This document shows, one piece after another, positions 47,599 through 60,200 of a stretch of 64,000 nt of DNA. The stretch spans positions 2,390,880 to 2,454,879 of the forward strand of contig CM074810.1 of the NCBI GenBank assembly GCA_037447605.1, given 5' to 3'. Position numbers and translations under genes: made by a program. The stretch comes from Zygnema circumcarinatum SAG 698-1b. Its lineage: Eukaryota > Plantae > Zygnematophyceae. The notes under the pieces were generated by a model that made no database searches, was not told the DNA's origin, and saw nothing but the letters and a program-made list of their open reading frames with translations. Numbering within the stretch: the stretch's first letter is position 1; each line of letters starts with the position of its first letter.

Positions 47599-48103
47599 TT
47601 CTCTAGCTCTCCACTCCCACTCACCCTCCCCCTCCCCCCCTCTCCCCTCCCCCCTTTGTTTTCGGTTCCGAACAATTCTCCTTCTCAGAGAATTGTTGTC
47701 TTTAAATAAAACATTGGCTTTTTTTCTTCTTTTTGCTTCGTATATTTCCCGTTCCTTTCCTCTTTATCATCTCTTGTTTTTCATTTTTTCCTCTCTTTTT
47801 TTTGTTTTTTGGGCCTTTCGTATTCAGGAGGAAAAGCTGCTCAAACCGGGCTGCTTGGTCAACTGCCAAGTGGTCAAACTTCTGACTTATGGAGTCATGT
47901 TGAAGGTTGAAAATTCCATGAAAAAGTGAGCTTTTACTGTTTATTTATCTCATAATTGGGGTACAATTGATGTTAGTTTCTCTTAAAGGGTCTGAAACAA
48001 AAGATCTTAAAATTACTTTACTGTATAAGCGGTCTAAGAAATGGTACCAATTCTATCTGCAATAAGCAATTCAGAATCGCGAGCCATGTTTTGTGGTGCT
48101 TTT

Positions 48104-48144
<41 letters not shown>

Positions 48145-48697
48145 AGTGGGAGAGGGAGAGAGAGGCTCGACCACCTATTCACTCATGAGGGCTTTTCTGT
48201 TATGTTTAGCCCTTTCTCCCCCCCCCCCCCCCCNNNNNNNNNNCCCCCCCCCCCCCCCCCTTGCCTCTTCCTCTCTTCTCCCCCCCCTAAATTAGGCTTA
48301 TCCTTAATGTGGGTTTTTTTTGCTTTTTGAAATTGGGGTACAATAGGGGTCTTATGCACATATCGAACATTTCAAGACTGCATGTTAAAGACGCGGGCGA
48401 TGTTTTCCAACAAGGAGAAAACATAAAGGCAATTGTTCTTGCCTATGAGAACAGCCGGTTGGCCTTAAGGTGATTTGTACCCCAACTCCGAAACTCCAAA
48501 ACATGAATTCTTTCTTTTGAATGAATTGACATACTCTTTTTCATGTTATTTTGGACAAGGATGAAGATTTTTTGCTGACTGGGCGTTTGCCACGTGGCGA
48601 CGGGTCATTGGTTGGCAGTACAAGGGATCTTGAGAGCGTGGATGGACTTATGCTTGAAGACAAGGAGGTGAGCGAGAGCTCAAGTTCCACTCTCCTA

Positions 48698-48749
<52 letters not shown>

Positions 48750-49717
48750 CCTCCCTCCCTCTTCCCCCCCCTCATTCCGGCCCTCCCTCCCTTCACTGCC
48801 GCTCTCTGCCTTCAGCTTTCCTCCTTCCCTTCCTCCCGGCCTCTTTCCCTCCCCCTCTTTCTCTCGTCCCTCTCTCATTCGCTCTCCCTCTCCCTCTCCT
48901 GCCCTCCCCCTCCCTCTCGTCCACTCCCTCTCTCACTCCCTTCTCTTCTCACTCCCCTCCTCTCCCTCTCCCCTCTTTCCTCTCTCCCTCTCCCCGCTTT
49001 CCACTCCTCTCCCTCTCCCCTCTTCTCACTCCTCTCCCCTCTCCTCTCCCTTTCCCTCTCCCCTCCTCTCCCTCCCTCTCCCTCTCCCTCTCCCTCTCCC
49101 TTTCCCTCTCCCTCTCCCTCCCTCTCCCTCCCTCTCCCTCTCCCTCCCCTCCCTTTCCTCTCCCTCTCCCTCCCTTTCCTCTCTCCCTCTCCCTCTCCCT
49201 CCTCCCTCTCCCTTTCTTTCCCTCTCCTTCTCCCTCTCCCTTTCCCTCTCCCTCTCCCTCTCCTCTCTCTCCTCTCTTCCCCTCCTCCCTCTCCCTCTCC
49301 CTTTCCCTCTCCCTCTCCCTTTCCCTCTCCCTCTCCTCTCTCTCCTCCCTCTCCCTCTCCTCCCTCTCCCTCTCCCTCTCCATCTCCCTCTCCCTCTCCT
49401 TCTCCCTTTCCTCTCTCCCTCTCCTCTCCCTCCCTCCCTCCCTCCTCCCTCTCCCTCCCTCTCCCTCTCCCTTTCCCTCTCCCTCTCTCCTCTCTCCCTC
49501 TCCCTCCCTCTCCCTCTCCCTCTCCCTCTCCCTCTCCCTCCCTCAGCGAGTGTGGCAGGAGGCCCCCGAGATGGCTCGCGTGTTCCGCGAAGAGTACGGC
49601 GATGAGTTGGCGACGGCGACCCCCGAGGAGGAGGCTGAGCTGGAGGCTGACGTCAGCACTGTGCGCCCATTGGCCAATAAGGACTGGCTCCTGCAAAGCC
49701 TTCAGGAGAGCAGCTGA
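43471..49717 (+). CDS. PDE338: plastid S1-domain RNA-binding protein, PDE338/RLSB-like (RPS1 family)
   Basis: Ser-rich transit-peptide-like start; EYFEPKVGDEVLGVVVS; VEVGTVLQAEVVG..LLSVRK..GWDRVYQ; GIRAFLP; RLILSE; GLMHISNISR..DVFQQGENIKAIVL; DLESVDGLMLEDKERVWQEAPEMARVFRE. Confidence 0.85.
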
Positions 49718-50764
49718 GAACGCGCCACGTGGCAGCAGATGGTTGATAATCCCTCTCTCTCTCTCTCTCTCCCTCTCTCTTGCCCCCCTCTCTCTTCTCC
49801 CTCCGTCTCTCTGGCACTCTCCTCTCTTCCCCGTCTCCCTCTCTCCCTCTCTTCCCCCTCTCCCTCTCTCTCCTCTTCCCCCTCTCCCTCTCTCCTCTCT
49901 TCCCTCTCTCCCCCTCTCCTCTCTTCCCCCTCTCCCATTCTTCTCTCTTCCCCCTCTCCCTCTCTCCTCTCTTCCCTCTCTCCCTCTCTCACCTCGTCCC
50001 CCTCTCCCCCGTCTCCTCTCTCTCCTCCCCCCCTCTCCCTCTCTCCTCTCTCTCCTCCCCCCCTCTCCCTGTCTCTTCTTTCTCCTTCCCCCCCCCCCCT
50101 ACCTCTCCCTCTCGCCTCTCTCTCTTCCCCCTTCTCTCCTCTGCTCGGCATCTCCCTCGACCTTCTCAAAAGGAATATGTTTCCGTGGCATTGCCCCTCC
50201 GAAATGAATGAATTGGCCGCCGTTGATCTCATCACGGCGAGGGGCCATCGAACGGTCAAAAATAGCTCGGAGACCCGTGGTCTCTCCTCTTTGTTTTCAT
50301 AGATGATGACGTCATCATGGGGATGAGGAAAAGTGCTGCCCTTTTTTTCTATGAGAATTTCTGTTGTGGGGTTCTTCTTATTTTATTTTTCAATTCTGGC
50401 CGAGAGTTTGCTGCCACGTGGTGAGGGTATCTGAGCGAAGTTTGAGCGAAGTTAGGGCTGACGTGGCGTTATGAAGATTTTATGTGCATGACGATCGGTC
50501 GATTCTATGTGCGACCGATCGGTACCAAAAAAAGCTGACCAAAATTCGTACTTTTGGTTAATCAAAACTGGTTAGCGCCATTCCTTAACGGCCAAAACGA
50601 ACTTCAAAAAGAAATAAGTGTGTTGAAACAATGCACGCTAGTTGTATTAGGTCTGTTGATTGTGGATTGGATTTAAATGCCACGTGGAGCTTGTGGATTG
50701 GATAGCTAAAGTGTTGTTTTTGCCTTGAATTGCCTTCACACACATTTTGAATATGCCATTAGTC

Positions 50765-51005
50765 TAGTTGACCAGGTCAAGTCAGGCACAGACTTTAAAT
50801 CGAATGGAATTTAATTCGATTAAATTAAATCGACCAGGTCAAGTCAGGGACGGACTCAATCAAATGGAATAAGATTAGTCGAGTTGACCAGATCAAGTTA
50901 GTCAAAAGCGTTTAATCGAATGGAATAACATTAGTCAATTTGACCAGGGCATGTTAGTCAAAAGATTGGACTCAAAATCAGATTGAATGGCATTAGGTTA
51001 GTCAA
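50765..51005. repeat. degenerate ~55-65-bp tandem repeat (GACCAGGTCAAGT..AATCGAATGGAAT)
   Basis: About four diverged units visible; repeated again within 52365-52605. Confidence 0.7.
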
Positions 51006-51086
51006 GCGCGCAATAGGTTCACTAGGCATCGTCTTGATGAGCTGCTCTGGTTAACCACCCCCCCTCTCCCCCCCGTNNNNNNNNNN

Positions 51087-52674
51087 CCCTCTCTCCCTCT
51101 CCCTCCCTCTCCCTCTCCCTCTCCCTCTCCCTCTCCCTCCCTCAGCGAGTGTGGCAGGAGGCCCCCGAGATGGCTCGCGTGTTCCGCGAAGAGTACGGCG
51201 ATGAGTTGGCGACGGCGACCCCCGAGGAGGAGGCTGAGCTGGAGGCTGACGTCAGCACTGTGCGCCCATTGGCCAATAAGGACTGGCTCCTGCAAAGCCT
51301 TCAGGAGAGCAGCTGAGAACGCGCCACGTGGCAGCAGATGGTTGATAATCCCTCTCTCTCTCTCTCTCTCCCTCTCTCTTGCCCCCCTCTCTCTTCTCCC
51401 TCCGTCTCTCTGGCACTCTCCTCTCTTCCCCGTCTCCCTCTCTCCCTCTCTTCCCCCTCTCCCTCTCTCTCCTCTTCCCCCTCTCCCTCTCTCCTCTCTT
51501 CCCTCTCTCCCCCTCTCCTCTCTTCCCCCTCTCCCATTCTTCTCTCTTCCCCCTCTCCCTCTCTCCTCTCTTCCCTCTCTCCCTCTCTCACCTCGTCCCC
51601 CTCTCCCCGTCTCCTCTCTCTCCTCCCCCCCTCTCCCTCTCTCCTCTCTCTCCTCCCCCCCTCTCCCTGTCTCTTCTTTCTCCTTCCCCCCCCCCCCTAC
51701 CTCTCCCTCTCGCCTCTCTCTCTTCCCCCTTCTCTCCTCTGCTCGGCATCTCCCTCGACCTTCTCAAAAGGAATATGTTTCCGTGGCATTGCCCCTCCGA
51801 AATGAATGAATTGGCCGCCGTTGATCTCATCACGGCGAGGGGCCATCGAACGGTCAAAAATAGCTCGGAGACCCGTGGTCTCTCCTCTTTGTTTTCATAG
51901 ATGATGACGTCATCATGGGGATGAGGAAAAGTGCTGCCCTTTTTTTCTATGAGAATTTCTGTTGTGGGGTTCTTCTTATTTTATTTTTCAATTCTGGCCG
52001 AGAGTTTGCTGCCACGTGGTGAGGGTATCTGAGCGAAGTTTGAGCGAAGTTAGGGCTGACGTGGCGTTATGAAGATTTTATGTGCATGACGATCGGTCGA
52101 TTCTATGTGCGACCGATCGGTACCAAAAAAAGCTGACCAAAATTCGTACTTTTGGTTAATCAAAACTGGTTAGCGCCATTCCTTAACGGCCAAAACGAAC
52201 TTCAAAAAGAAATAAGTGTGTTGAAACAATGCACGCTAGTTGTATTAGGTCTGTTGATTGTGGATTGGATTTAAATGCCACGTGGAGCTTGTGGATTGGA
52301 TAGCTAAAGTGTTGTTTTTGCCTTGAATTGCCTTCACACACATTTTGAATATGCCATTAGTCTAGTTGACCAGGTCAAGTCAGGCACAGACTTTAAATCG
52401 AATGGAATTTAATTCGATTAAATTAAATCGACCAGGTCAAGTCAGGGACGGACTCAATCAAATGGAATAAGATTAGTCGAGTTGACCAGATCAAGTTAGT
52501 CAAAAGCGTTTAATCGAATGGAATAACATTAGTCAATTTGACCAGGGCATGTTAGTCAAAAGATTGGACTCAAAATCAGATTGAATGGCATTAGGTTAGT
52601 CAAGCGCGCAATAGGTTCACTAGGCATCGTCTTGATGAGCTGCTCTGGTTAACCACCCCCCCTCTCCCCCCCGT
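51087..52674 (+). repeat. near-identical second copy of about 49490-51076 (includes the last PDE338-like exon), joined across a 10-N gap; probably an assembly overlap
   Basis: Offset of 1598-1599 bp, essentially identical text, junction exactly at NNNNNNNNNN 51077-51086. Confidence 0.9.
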
Positions 52675-54095
52675 GTTTGACCAAACTAGCAGGGTTCCGA
52701 GAATACCTTTGGTCAACCGTTTTGGTTTACCACTCAACCGCTTGCCTTATTGTTTGTCCTCCCTCACACTTTCTTCTTTCGTCCGTACGGATAGGCACCG
52801 CGAATCGCGCAGGCAATGATCTACAAAGATTGTCCATACAATTTTTGTCGCCGTCTGACTGCCTGACTGTACGGATACAGCATCCTCTGATCGCTGCCGA
52901 ACCTTTAAAGTCTGTCGCCAACCGGCGACGGTTCGACAAGACAGTTCAAAAAAGACAAAATATTGTACAAATTTTTGGACTCATCGGGAGAGTTGGTGGT
53001 TAAGCGATTATATTTTCGTACTTTTGGTACCGTACAAACAAAAAATGGCGTATTTTTGTCTTTGGCGCGTAGTGAAAGGCACATGGGGCCGTTGAAATCA
53101 ACTGAAAAGTCGGTAACTGTCGCGTCAGGTAGCGTCATTGTCAAGTACATTATTTGTCTTTTCCTGGGACAGATCATGCAAAGATTCCGTATTGTACTTT
53201 AGAGTTTGTCTGAAGCTGAAACTTCACAGTGTGAAGTCATACCTTGATAAAGTAAAAAATATCCTAAAGTATAAGTACTTTAACGAGGGCGATCCTAGCT
53301 CGAAGCTAACTTTATCGATCTTGTATTTTACTTTATCGGGTGCTTTTCCACGAAGGTGCCAATTTCATCAGAACAAACAAAAATTTCAGTTTCCGGTCAC
53401 CATCGGCGCGGCGCCTGATTCGGAAAATTTGGAGCTGACCGGCCGGCCGGTCAGCCGGCAATTCGGCCGGCCGGCATTGCCGGCTGACCGGCCGGCCGGC
53501 TGCAACTGCCGGCCAGTGGCCGCCGTTGAGGGCTGCCGCCGGTCGGGTCCAAAGGTCAAACAGCCGCGTGGCGTCAGTCAATCCGTACGGCGTTTGTTTT
53601 TGTCGCTTTGAATCCGTACAAAATAAGTGTACGGTCGCACGCGGCGGAACGGCGGGGGGTCACTCGGTGCCGCCCCTTAAAGCCGACGTTCGGCCGTGAC
53701 GTGACGGGCGTCACTTTCAGTACTCGGAAGACAGGAGAGGAGAGGAGAGGGAGAGGAAAGGGAAGGGGGAGAGATAGAGGGGGTCACCAAAGCACCCGAG
53801 AGACAGGAGAGGAGGGGGAGGGGAAGGGGGTGAGAGAGAGGGGAGGATAAGAAGGAGAGGAAGGAGGGGGATTGAGTAAGAGGCGGATAGGGGGAGTGAG
53901 ATTGGAAGAGAGAGAGGGGGTTGGAGAGGGGGAGTGGGGGCGAGGCGGGCAAGGAGAGAGGGAGAAAGAGAAAAAAATAGGGAGAGAGAGAGACGGAGAG
54001 ACAGAGATATAGAGAGAGAGGGTGAGGGGGGAGTGGGAGTGAGGGGGAAAAGAACAGAGTGGGGGAAGTAAGATAGAGGGGAAGGACTCCATACG

Positions 54096-57000
54096 ATGTT
54101 GTCCTCCACATCGTTCGTCGCCGTTTCTGCAATTTTTTATCTCATATTTTCCACAACGGTCGTGCAAGGTGAGCTAGCTGCTTAGTTCATTTCCAGTGGT
54201 CCATTTTTTATTTGGATTAACGTGGAATCTTGGGATCACAAGGGCGTTCAATTTCTTTGTTTTTTAATTTTTCCAAATTGATTAACAAATTTAACCCTTT
54301 CCCTCCAATTCTCTCCCTTCCCCTTCCCCCCCCCTCTTCCCCTCTTCCACCTCCCCCCTCCCCTTCGCCCCCCCCCCCTCTCTCCCCCCTCTGCCCCCTC
54401 TGCTCCCTCTGCCCCCTCTGCCCCCTCTGCCCCCTCTCCCCCCTCTCCCCATCTCCCCCTCTCCCCTCTCCCCCCCTCTCCCCTCTCCCCTCCTGCCCCC
54501 TCTCCCCTCTCCCCCTCTGCCCCTCTGCCCCTCTGCCCCTCTGCCCCTCTGCCTCTCCCCTCTCCCCCCTCTCCCCCCCTCTCCCCCCTCTCCCCCTCTC
54601 CCCCCCTCTCTCCCCCCCCTCTGCCCCTCTGCCCCTCTGCCCCCTCTGCCCCCTCTGCCCCCTCTCCCCCCTCTCCCCCATCTCCCCCCTCTCTCCCCCT
54701 CTGCCCCTCTGCCCCTCTGCCCCTCTGCCCCTCTGCCCCTCTGCCCCTCTGCCCCTCCCCCCCTCTCCCCCCTCTCCCCTCTCCCCTCTCCCCTCTCCCC
54801 TCTCCCCCCTCTCCCCCCCTCTCCCCTTCTCCCCCTTCTCCCCCTTCCCCCTTCTCCCCCTCCGCCCCCTCTCCCCCCTCTCCCCCCTCTCCTTCTGCCC
54901 CCTCTGCCCCCTCTCCCCCCTCTCCTTCTGCCCCCTCTGACCCCTCTCCCCCCTCTCCTTCTGCCCCCTCTGCCCCCTCTCCCCCCTCTCCTTCTGCCCC
55001 CTCTGCCCCCTCCCCCCTCTCCTTCTGCTCCCTCTGCTCCTCTGCCCCTCTGCTCCCTCTCCCTCTTCTCCCCTTCTCCCCTCCACCCCCTCTCCCCTCT
55101 CCCCCCTCTCCCCCCTCTCCCCTCTCCCCTCTCCCCCTCTGCCCCTCTGCCCCTCTGCCCCTCTGCCCCTCTCCCTCCCCTCTCCCCCCTCTCCCCCTCT
55201 CCCCCCTCTCCCCTCTCCCCCTCTGCCCCTCTGCCCCTCTGCCCCTCTGCCCCTCTGCCCCTCTGCCCCTCCTGCCCCCCTCTCCCCTCTCCCCTCTCCC
55301 CTCTCCCCCTCTGCTCCCTCTGCTCCCTCTGCTCCCTCTGCCTCCTCTCCCCCTTCTCTCCCCTTCTCCCCTTCTCCCCTTCTCCCCTTCTCCCCTTCTC
55401 CCCTTCTCCCCTCCGCCCCCTCTCCCCCTCTCCTTCTGCCCCTCCCCCCCCTCTGCCCCTCCCCCTCCCTCTCCTTCTGCCCCCTCTGACCCCTCTCCCC
55501 CCTCTCCTTCTGCCCCCTCTGCCCCCTCTCCCCCCTCTCCTTCTGCCCCCTCTGCCCCCTCTCCCCCCTCTCCTTCTGCTCCCTCTGCCTCCTCTCCCCC
55601 TCTGCTCCCTCTGCCCTCTTCTCCCCCTTCTCCCCCTCCGCCCCCTCTCCCCTCTCCCCTCTCCCCTCTCCCCTCTCCCCCTCTCCTTCTGCCCCCTCTG
55701 CCCCCTCTGCCCCCTCTCCCCCCTCTCCCCCCTCTCCCCCCTCCCCCCCTCTCCCCCCTCTCCCTTGATGTTTTGAGAGGTGTCCCAACATTCAAAGTCT
55801 TTTCGTGTTCGTTTTTTTCCATGACAGGGTGCACCTATCTGAACGGTTTCAGCATTCCGGGCAACGACTGGGGCACTCTCTCCAAGATAGAGAGCAAGGA
55901 AGCGTGCTGCCTCGAGTGCCGGAAAACGGTCGGATGCATTGCCTTCACGTTCTATGTGAGCGGAGGAAATGCCAACAAATGCGTCATGAAGAAAGCAATC
56001 GACAATCCAAAAGCGAACCCCTCCGCAGTTTCTGCGATCGCAACCGGTGAGCTTTTCAAACTCACTCAAGAAGTCACGCAGTGCAGGGGTTTGATCAGGG
56101 GTCACATCAGGATTTAGGGTTTGTAGAGGTTTAGGGTTTTAGGAGCCATATTCTACCAACATGATGCATGTGTTCTCTACTGCCCTACTTACAGTATATA
56201 ACATGAAAGAAACGGCCCTACAAATCTGTGCAGGAACATGCACTTTTGAGAGCGGATATGAGTACAACCCCCGCTTCACGATTTCCACATTTCCCGACAT
56301 CACCAACAAGGAGAGCTGCTGCTATTGGTGCACGGCCACCACCAAATGCGTCGGCTTCTCGTTCTTCCCCGCGGGGCCCAAAGCGGGAAACTGCGACCTC
56401 AAGTTCGCTCTCACCGACCGCATTGCCGACCCGAACGTTATCTCCGCAACCTATTCCGGTACACCCCATCTCAACACTATCCCCTAAATCTCATACTTCA
56501 AACCCTAAAACCCTTTAAGTCTCGTCGGAAATCTCAGTCGACAACCGTGATGTAACTAACCCTAAAATCCGTCCAATTTTGACCAATTTCATCATTGTTG
56601 ACATATTGCGAGTGCAGCCTCTTCCAAGACGTGCAGCTACGAGCCGGGGTTCGCGCATCTTGGGGGCGTTGACCTGAAGTCAACGGCGGGGGTGGCCTCC
56701 AAGGAGGCGTGCTGTGCGTTGTGCCGGTCCGCCCCCAAGTGTGCGGCCATCGAGTACGCGCGCAGCGGACCGCGGGCCGCGACCTGCGTGCTCAAGGCCA
56801 CCGCCTCCGCCGACAAACTGACCAACACCGCCGCCGTTTCGGGCCAAGTCTCAGGTGGGAGGGGGGTTTAGGGTTTAGGGTTTAGGGTTTAGGGTTTAGG
56901 GGTAGGGGTAGGGGTAGGGGCAGGGGTAGGGTTAGGGTTAGGGGTAGGGGTAGGGGCAGGGGTAGGGTTAGGGTTAGGGGTAGGGGCAGGGGTAGGGTTA

Positions 57001-57209
57001 GGGGTAGGGGTAGGGTTAGGGGTAGGGGTAGGGTTAGGGTTAGGGTTAGGGTTAGGGTTAGGGTTAGGGTTAGGGTTAGGGTTAGGGGTAGGGGTAGGGG
57101 TAGGGTTAGGGGTAGGGTTAGGGTTAGGGGTTAGGGTTTGAGCCCTACATTGAATGATGTTCTCTTGTGACTTGCAGAACGGGATTGGCTGGTTTTGAAT
57201 TTTGTATGA
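54096..57209 (+). CDS. secreted protein with three PAN/Apple-like domains
   Basis: Signal-peptide exon 54096-54168 ([25 protein letters not shown]). Domain exons from 55828, ~56233 and ~56612, each with C..CCxxC..CxxF(T/S)F..CxxK. Terminal exon (57178-57209) tentative. Confidence 0.8.
56866..57137. repeat. intronic telomere-like tract (TTTAGGG, TTAGGG, GTAGGG and GCAGGG variants)
   Basis: Directly visible just after a GT donor. Confidence 0.92.
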
Positions 57210-57763
57210 TGAGGTTGATGTTGATGTTGATAAAGTTTGATTTTTTGGCTCTCAAATTGACTCTCTTGGTAGGGAGGGTTTCAGGAGGGTCGCCATGTGG
57301 ATCCACGTCGTAGAGAGATAGGAACGGATGGATCCACTTCACGGAGGGAGGATTCAATGGATCCAACTAGTTCCACCGCATTGATCTTTCAATGTTAGTT
57401 CAAGAAAGCGCCGAGAATACGGAGAGAGGAATTTTGCGGTTCAGCAAATAAGATCCACGAGAGGAGACGACTCCGGCGGATAAACTTGAGGGGAGAAGGA
57501 TCATTTTGTGGCTTATTCAAGTAAAAAATAATTAATTTACCCCATCAGATCCATGTACGCTAATTCTTTCCAATTAGTTTTTAGATACTGCGCTCTGTAA
57601 AATATGTACGGATTTCGAGGAAAATAAGATTCAGGTTTCACATTTCTTTCTTTCTTTCCGGGTCGCGAGATTTCTCTGAGAATCTGAATTCCCTGTTTTT
57701 CCTTTGTTGGGTTTCCATTTGCATTATTCATCAAAGGTTGAGTTTGGAAGTGGATCTCAGCTG

Positions 57764-57989
57764 AGCTGCATGCAATTCAGAAACTTTGCTATCGATCTCA
57801 GAATTTTAGGGTTCCCTCGCGGCAGTAGCAGCAGCACATTTCCGGATCTTCAAAGTCTGAAATTCTTACGACTAGGGTTCTGAAAGGACGAACCCCCCGG
57901 GCCCTGCCAAAAAGCCGTTCCATGTGTCGTCCGTAACGGCCAGTTCTCCGTTTACGGTGGCTCATGCGAAGCCCACTTCTATGTCCAGG
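57764..57989 (+). repeat. 226-bp direct repeat, copy 1
   Basis: Identical by eye to 59602-59827. Confidence 0.95.
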
Positions 57990-59601
57990 GGTAGGGTTAG
58001 GAGTTAGGGTTAGGGTTAGGGTTAGGGTTAGGGTTAGGGTTAGGGTTAGGGTTAGGGTTAGGGTTAGGGTTAGGGTTAGGGTTAGGGTTAGGGTTAGGGT
58101 TAGGGTTAGGGTTAGGGTTAGGGTTAGGGTTAGGGTTAGGGTTAGGGTTAGGGTTAGGGTTAGGGTTAGGGTTAGGGTTAGGGTTAGGGTTAGGGTTAGG
58201 GTTAGGGTTAGGGTTAGGGTTAGGGTTAGGGTTAGGGTTAGGGTTAGGGTTAGGGTTAGGGTTAGGGTTAGGGTTAGGGTTAGGGTTAGGGTTAGGGTTA
58301 GGGTTAGGGTTAGGGTTAGGGTTAGGGTTAGGGTTAGGGTTAGGGTTAGGGTTAGGGTTAGGGTTAGGGTTAGGGTTAGGGTTAGGGTTAGGGTTAGGGT
58401 TAGGGTTAGGGTTAGGGTTAGGGTTAGGGTTAGGGTTAGGGTTAGGGTTAGGGTTAGGGTTAGGGTTAGGGTTAGGGTTAGGGTTAGGGTTAGGGTTAGG
58501 GTTAGGGTTAGGGTTAGGGTTAGGGTTAGGGTTAGGGTTAGGGTTAGGGTTAGGGTTAGGGTTAGGGTTAGGGTTAGGGTTAGGGTTAGGGTTAGGGTTA
58601 GGGTTAGGGTTAGGGTTAGGGTTAGGGTTAGGGTTAGGGTTAGGGTTAGGGTTAGGGTTAGGGTTAGGGTTAGGGTTAGGGTTAGGGTTAGGGTTAGGGT
58701 TAGGGTTAGGGTTAGGGTTAGGGTTAGGGTTAGGGTTAGGGTTAGGGTTAGGGTTAGGGTTAGGGTTAGGGTTAGGGTTAGGGTTAGGGTTAGGGTTAGG
58801 GTTAGGGTTAGGGTTAGGGTTAGGGTTAGGGTTAGGGTTAGGGTTAGGGTTAGGGTTAGGGTTAGGGTTAGGGTTAGGGTTAGGGTTAGGGTTAGGGTTA
58901 GGGTTAGGGTTAGGGTTAGGGTTAGGGTTAGGGTTAGGGTTAGGGTTAGGGTTAGGGTTAGGGTTAGGGTTAGGGTTAGGGTTAGGGTTAGGGTTAGGGT
59001 TAGGGTTAGGGTTAGGGTTAGGGTTAGGGTTAGGGTTAGGGTTAGGGTTAGGGTTAGGGTTAGGGTTAGGGTTAGGGTTAGGGTTAGGGTTAGGGTTAGG
59101 GTTAGGGTTAGGGTTAGGGTTAGGGTTAGGGTTAGGGTTAGGGTTAGGGTTAGGGTTAGGGTTAGGGTTAGGGTTAGGGTTAGGGTTAGGGTTAGGGTTA
59201 GGGTTAGGGTTAGGGTTAGGGTTAGGGTTAGGGTTAGGGTTAGGGTTAGGGTTAGGGTTAGGGTTAGGGTTAGGGTTAGGGTTAGGGTTAGGGTTAGGGT
59301 TAGGGTTAGGGTTAGGGTTAGGGTTAGGGTTAGGGTTAGGGTTAGGGTTAGGGTTAGGGTTAGGGTTAGGGTTAGGGTTAGGGTTAGGGTTAGGGTTAGG
59401 GTTAGGGTTAGGGTTAGGGTTAGGGTTAGGGTTAGGGTTAGGGTTAGGGTTAGGGTTAGGGTTAGGGTTAGGGTTAGGGTTAGGGTTAGGGTTAGGGTTA
59501 GGGTTAGGGTTAGGGTTAGGGTTAGGGTTAGGGTTAGGGTTAGGGTTAGGGTTAGGGTTAGGGTTAGGGTTAGGGTTAGGGTTAGGGTTAGGGTTAGGGT
59601 T
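57990..59601 (+). repeat. telomeric (TTAGGG)n array, about 268 units, internal to the scaffold
   Basis: Variant units GTAGGG and TTAGGA at the left edge, then perfect TTAGGG. Confidence 0.98.
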
Positions 59602-59827
59602 AGCTGCATGCAATTCAGAAACTTTGCTATCGATCTCAGAATTTTAGGGTTCCCTCGCGGCAGTAGCAGCAGCACATTTCCGGATCTTCAAAGTCTGAAA
59701 TTCTTACGACTAGGGTTCTGAAAGGACGAACCCCCCGGGCCCTGCCAAAAAGCCGTTCCATGTGTCGTCCGTAACGGCCAGTTCTCCGTTTACGGTGGCT
59801 CATGCGAAGCCCACTTCTATGTCCAGG
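59602..59827 (+). repeat. 226-bp direct repeat, copy 2
   Basis: Identical by eye to 57764-57989. Confidence 0.95.
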
Positions 59828-60063
59828 CATGTCTTAGTTGCATGCAAAAGTTGAGACGCGATTGGTCCACGTGGAAGGAGATGCCACGTGTCGAGTGCGC
59901 AAAGCCGTGGAGAAGTTTCAGCACATGTTCAACGTTTGTACGGAAACGTAGGTACGGTACGACCACCTTGTACGGATTAGCAATAACATTGTACGAACCT
60001 TGTACGGTCACCTCCACTAAAAAGCATGTCGGACAAAAACTCGTCAGCGAGGAATGGAATCGC

Positions 60064-60200
60064 ATTGAACTCACGATGGCGAGGCCATCAAATGTACATG
60101 AACAAAAGCAGCATGTGGAACCACGAGGGACTGGCCGCAAAGGACCTCGGCACAAAAGATAAAACCTAAGCTCGGAAAACTACGCCTAGGCTCAACACCG
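60064..60200 (+). repeat. dispersed repeat fragment homologous to the left end of the 42040-42773 element
   Basis: CTCACGATGGCGAGGCCATCAAA..TGTACATG..GGAACCACGAGG..GGAAAACTACGCCT.GGCTCAAC is shared. A further fragment lies at about 60608-60645. Confidence 0.8.

Larger units (their letters stand above)
24797..51086. other. six 10-N scaffold gaps (24797, 29479, 38941, 42270, 48234, 51077)
   Basis: All lie in CT/GA or poly-C low-complexity tracts. Confidence 0.97.

Noticed and set aside
50492-50519. 9-bp hairpin GATCGGTCG-N10-CGACCGATC as a Helitron 3' end
   Set aside because: No CTRR terminus at the expected distance and no 5' TC end or Rep/helicase identified.
49490-52674. 1.6-kb tandem duplication with a second terminal exon as an alternative 3' end
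   Set aside because: The copies are virtually identical and meet exactly at a 10-N gap, typical of unmerged overlapping contigs. Doubled read depth or spanning reads would be needed to revive it.
54217-56105. 500-600-aa Gly/Glu/Arg-rich minus-strand ORFs
   Set aside because: They are antisense translations of a C/T-rich intronic repeat in the PAN gene.
57798-59721. Poly-LT, poly-VR and poly-NP ORFs
   Set aside because: They are translations of the TTAGGG array.
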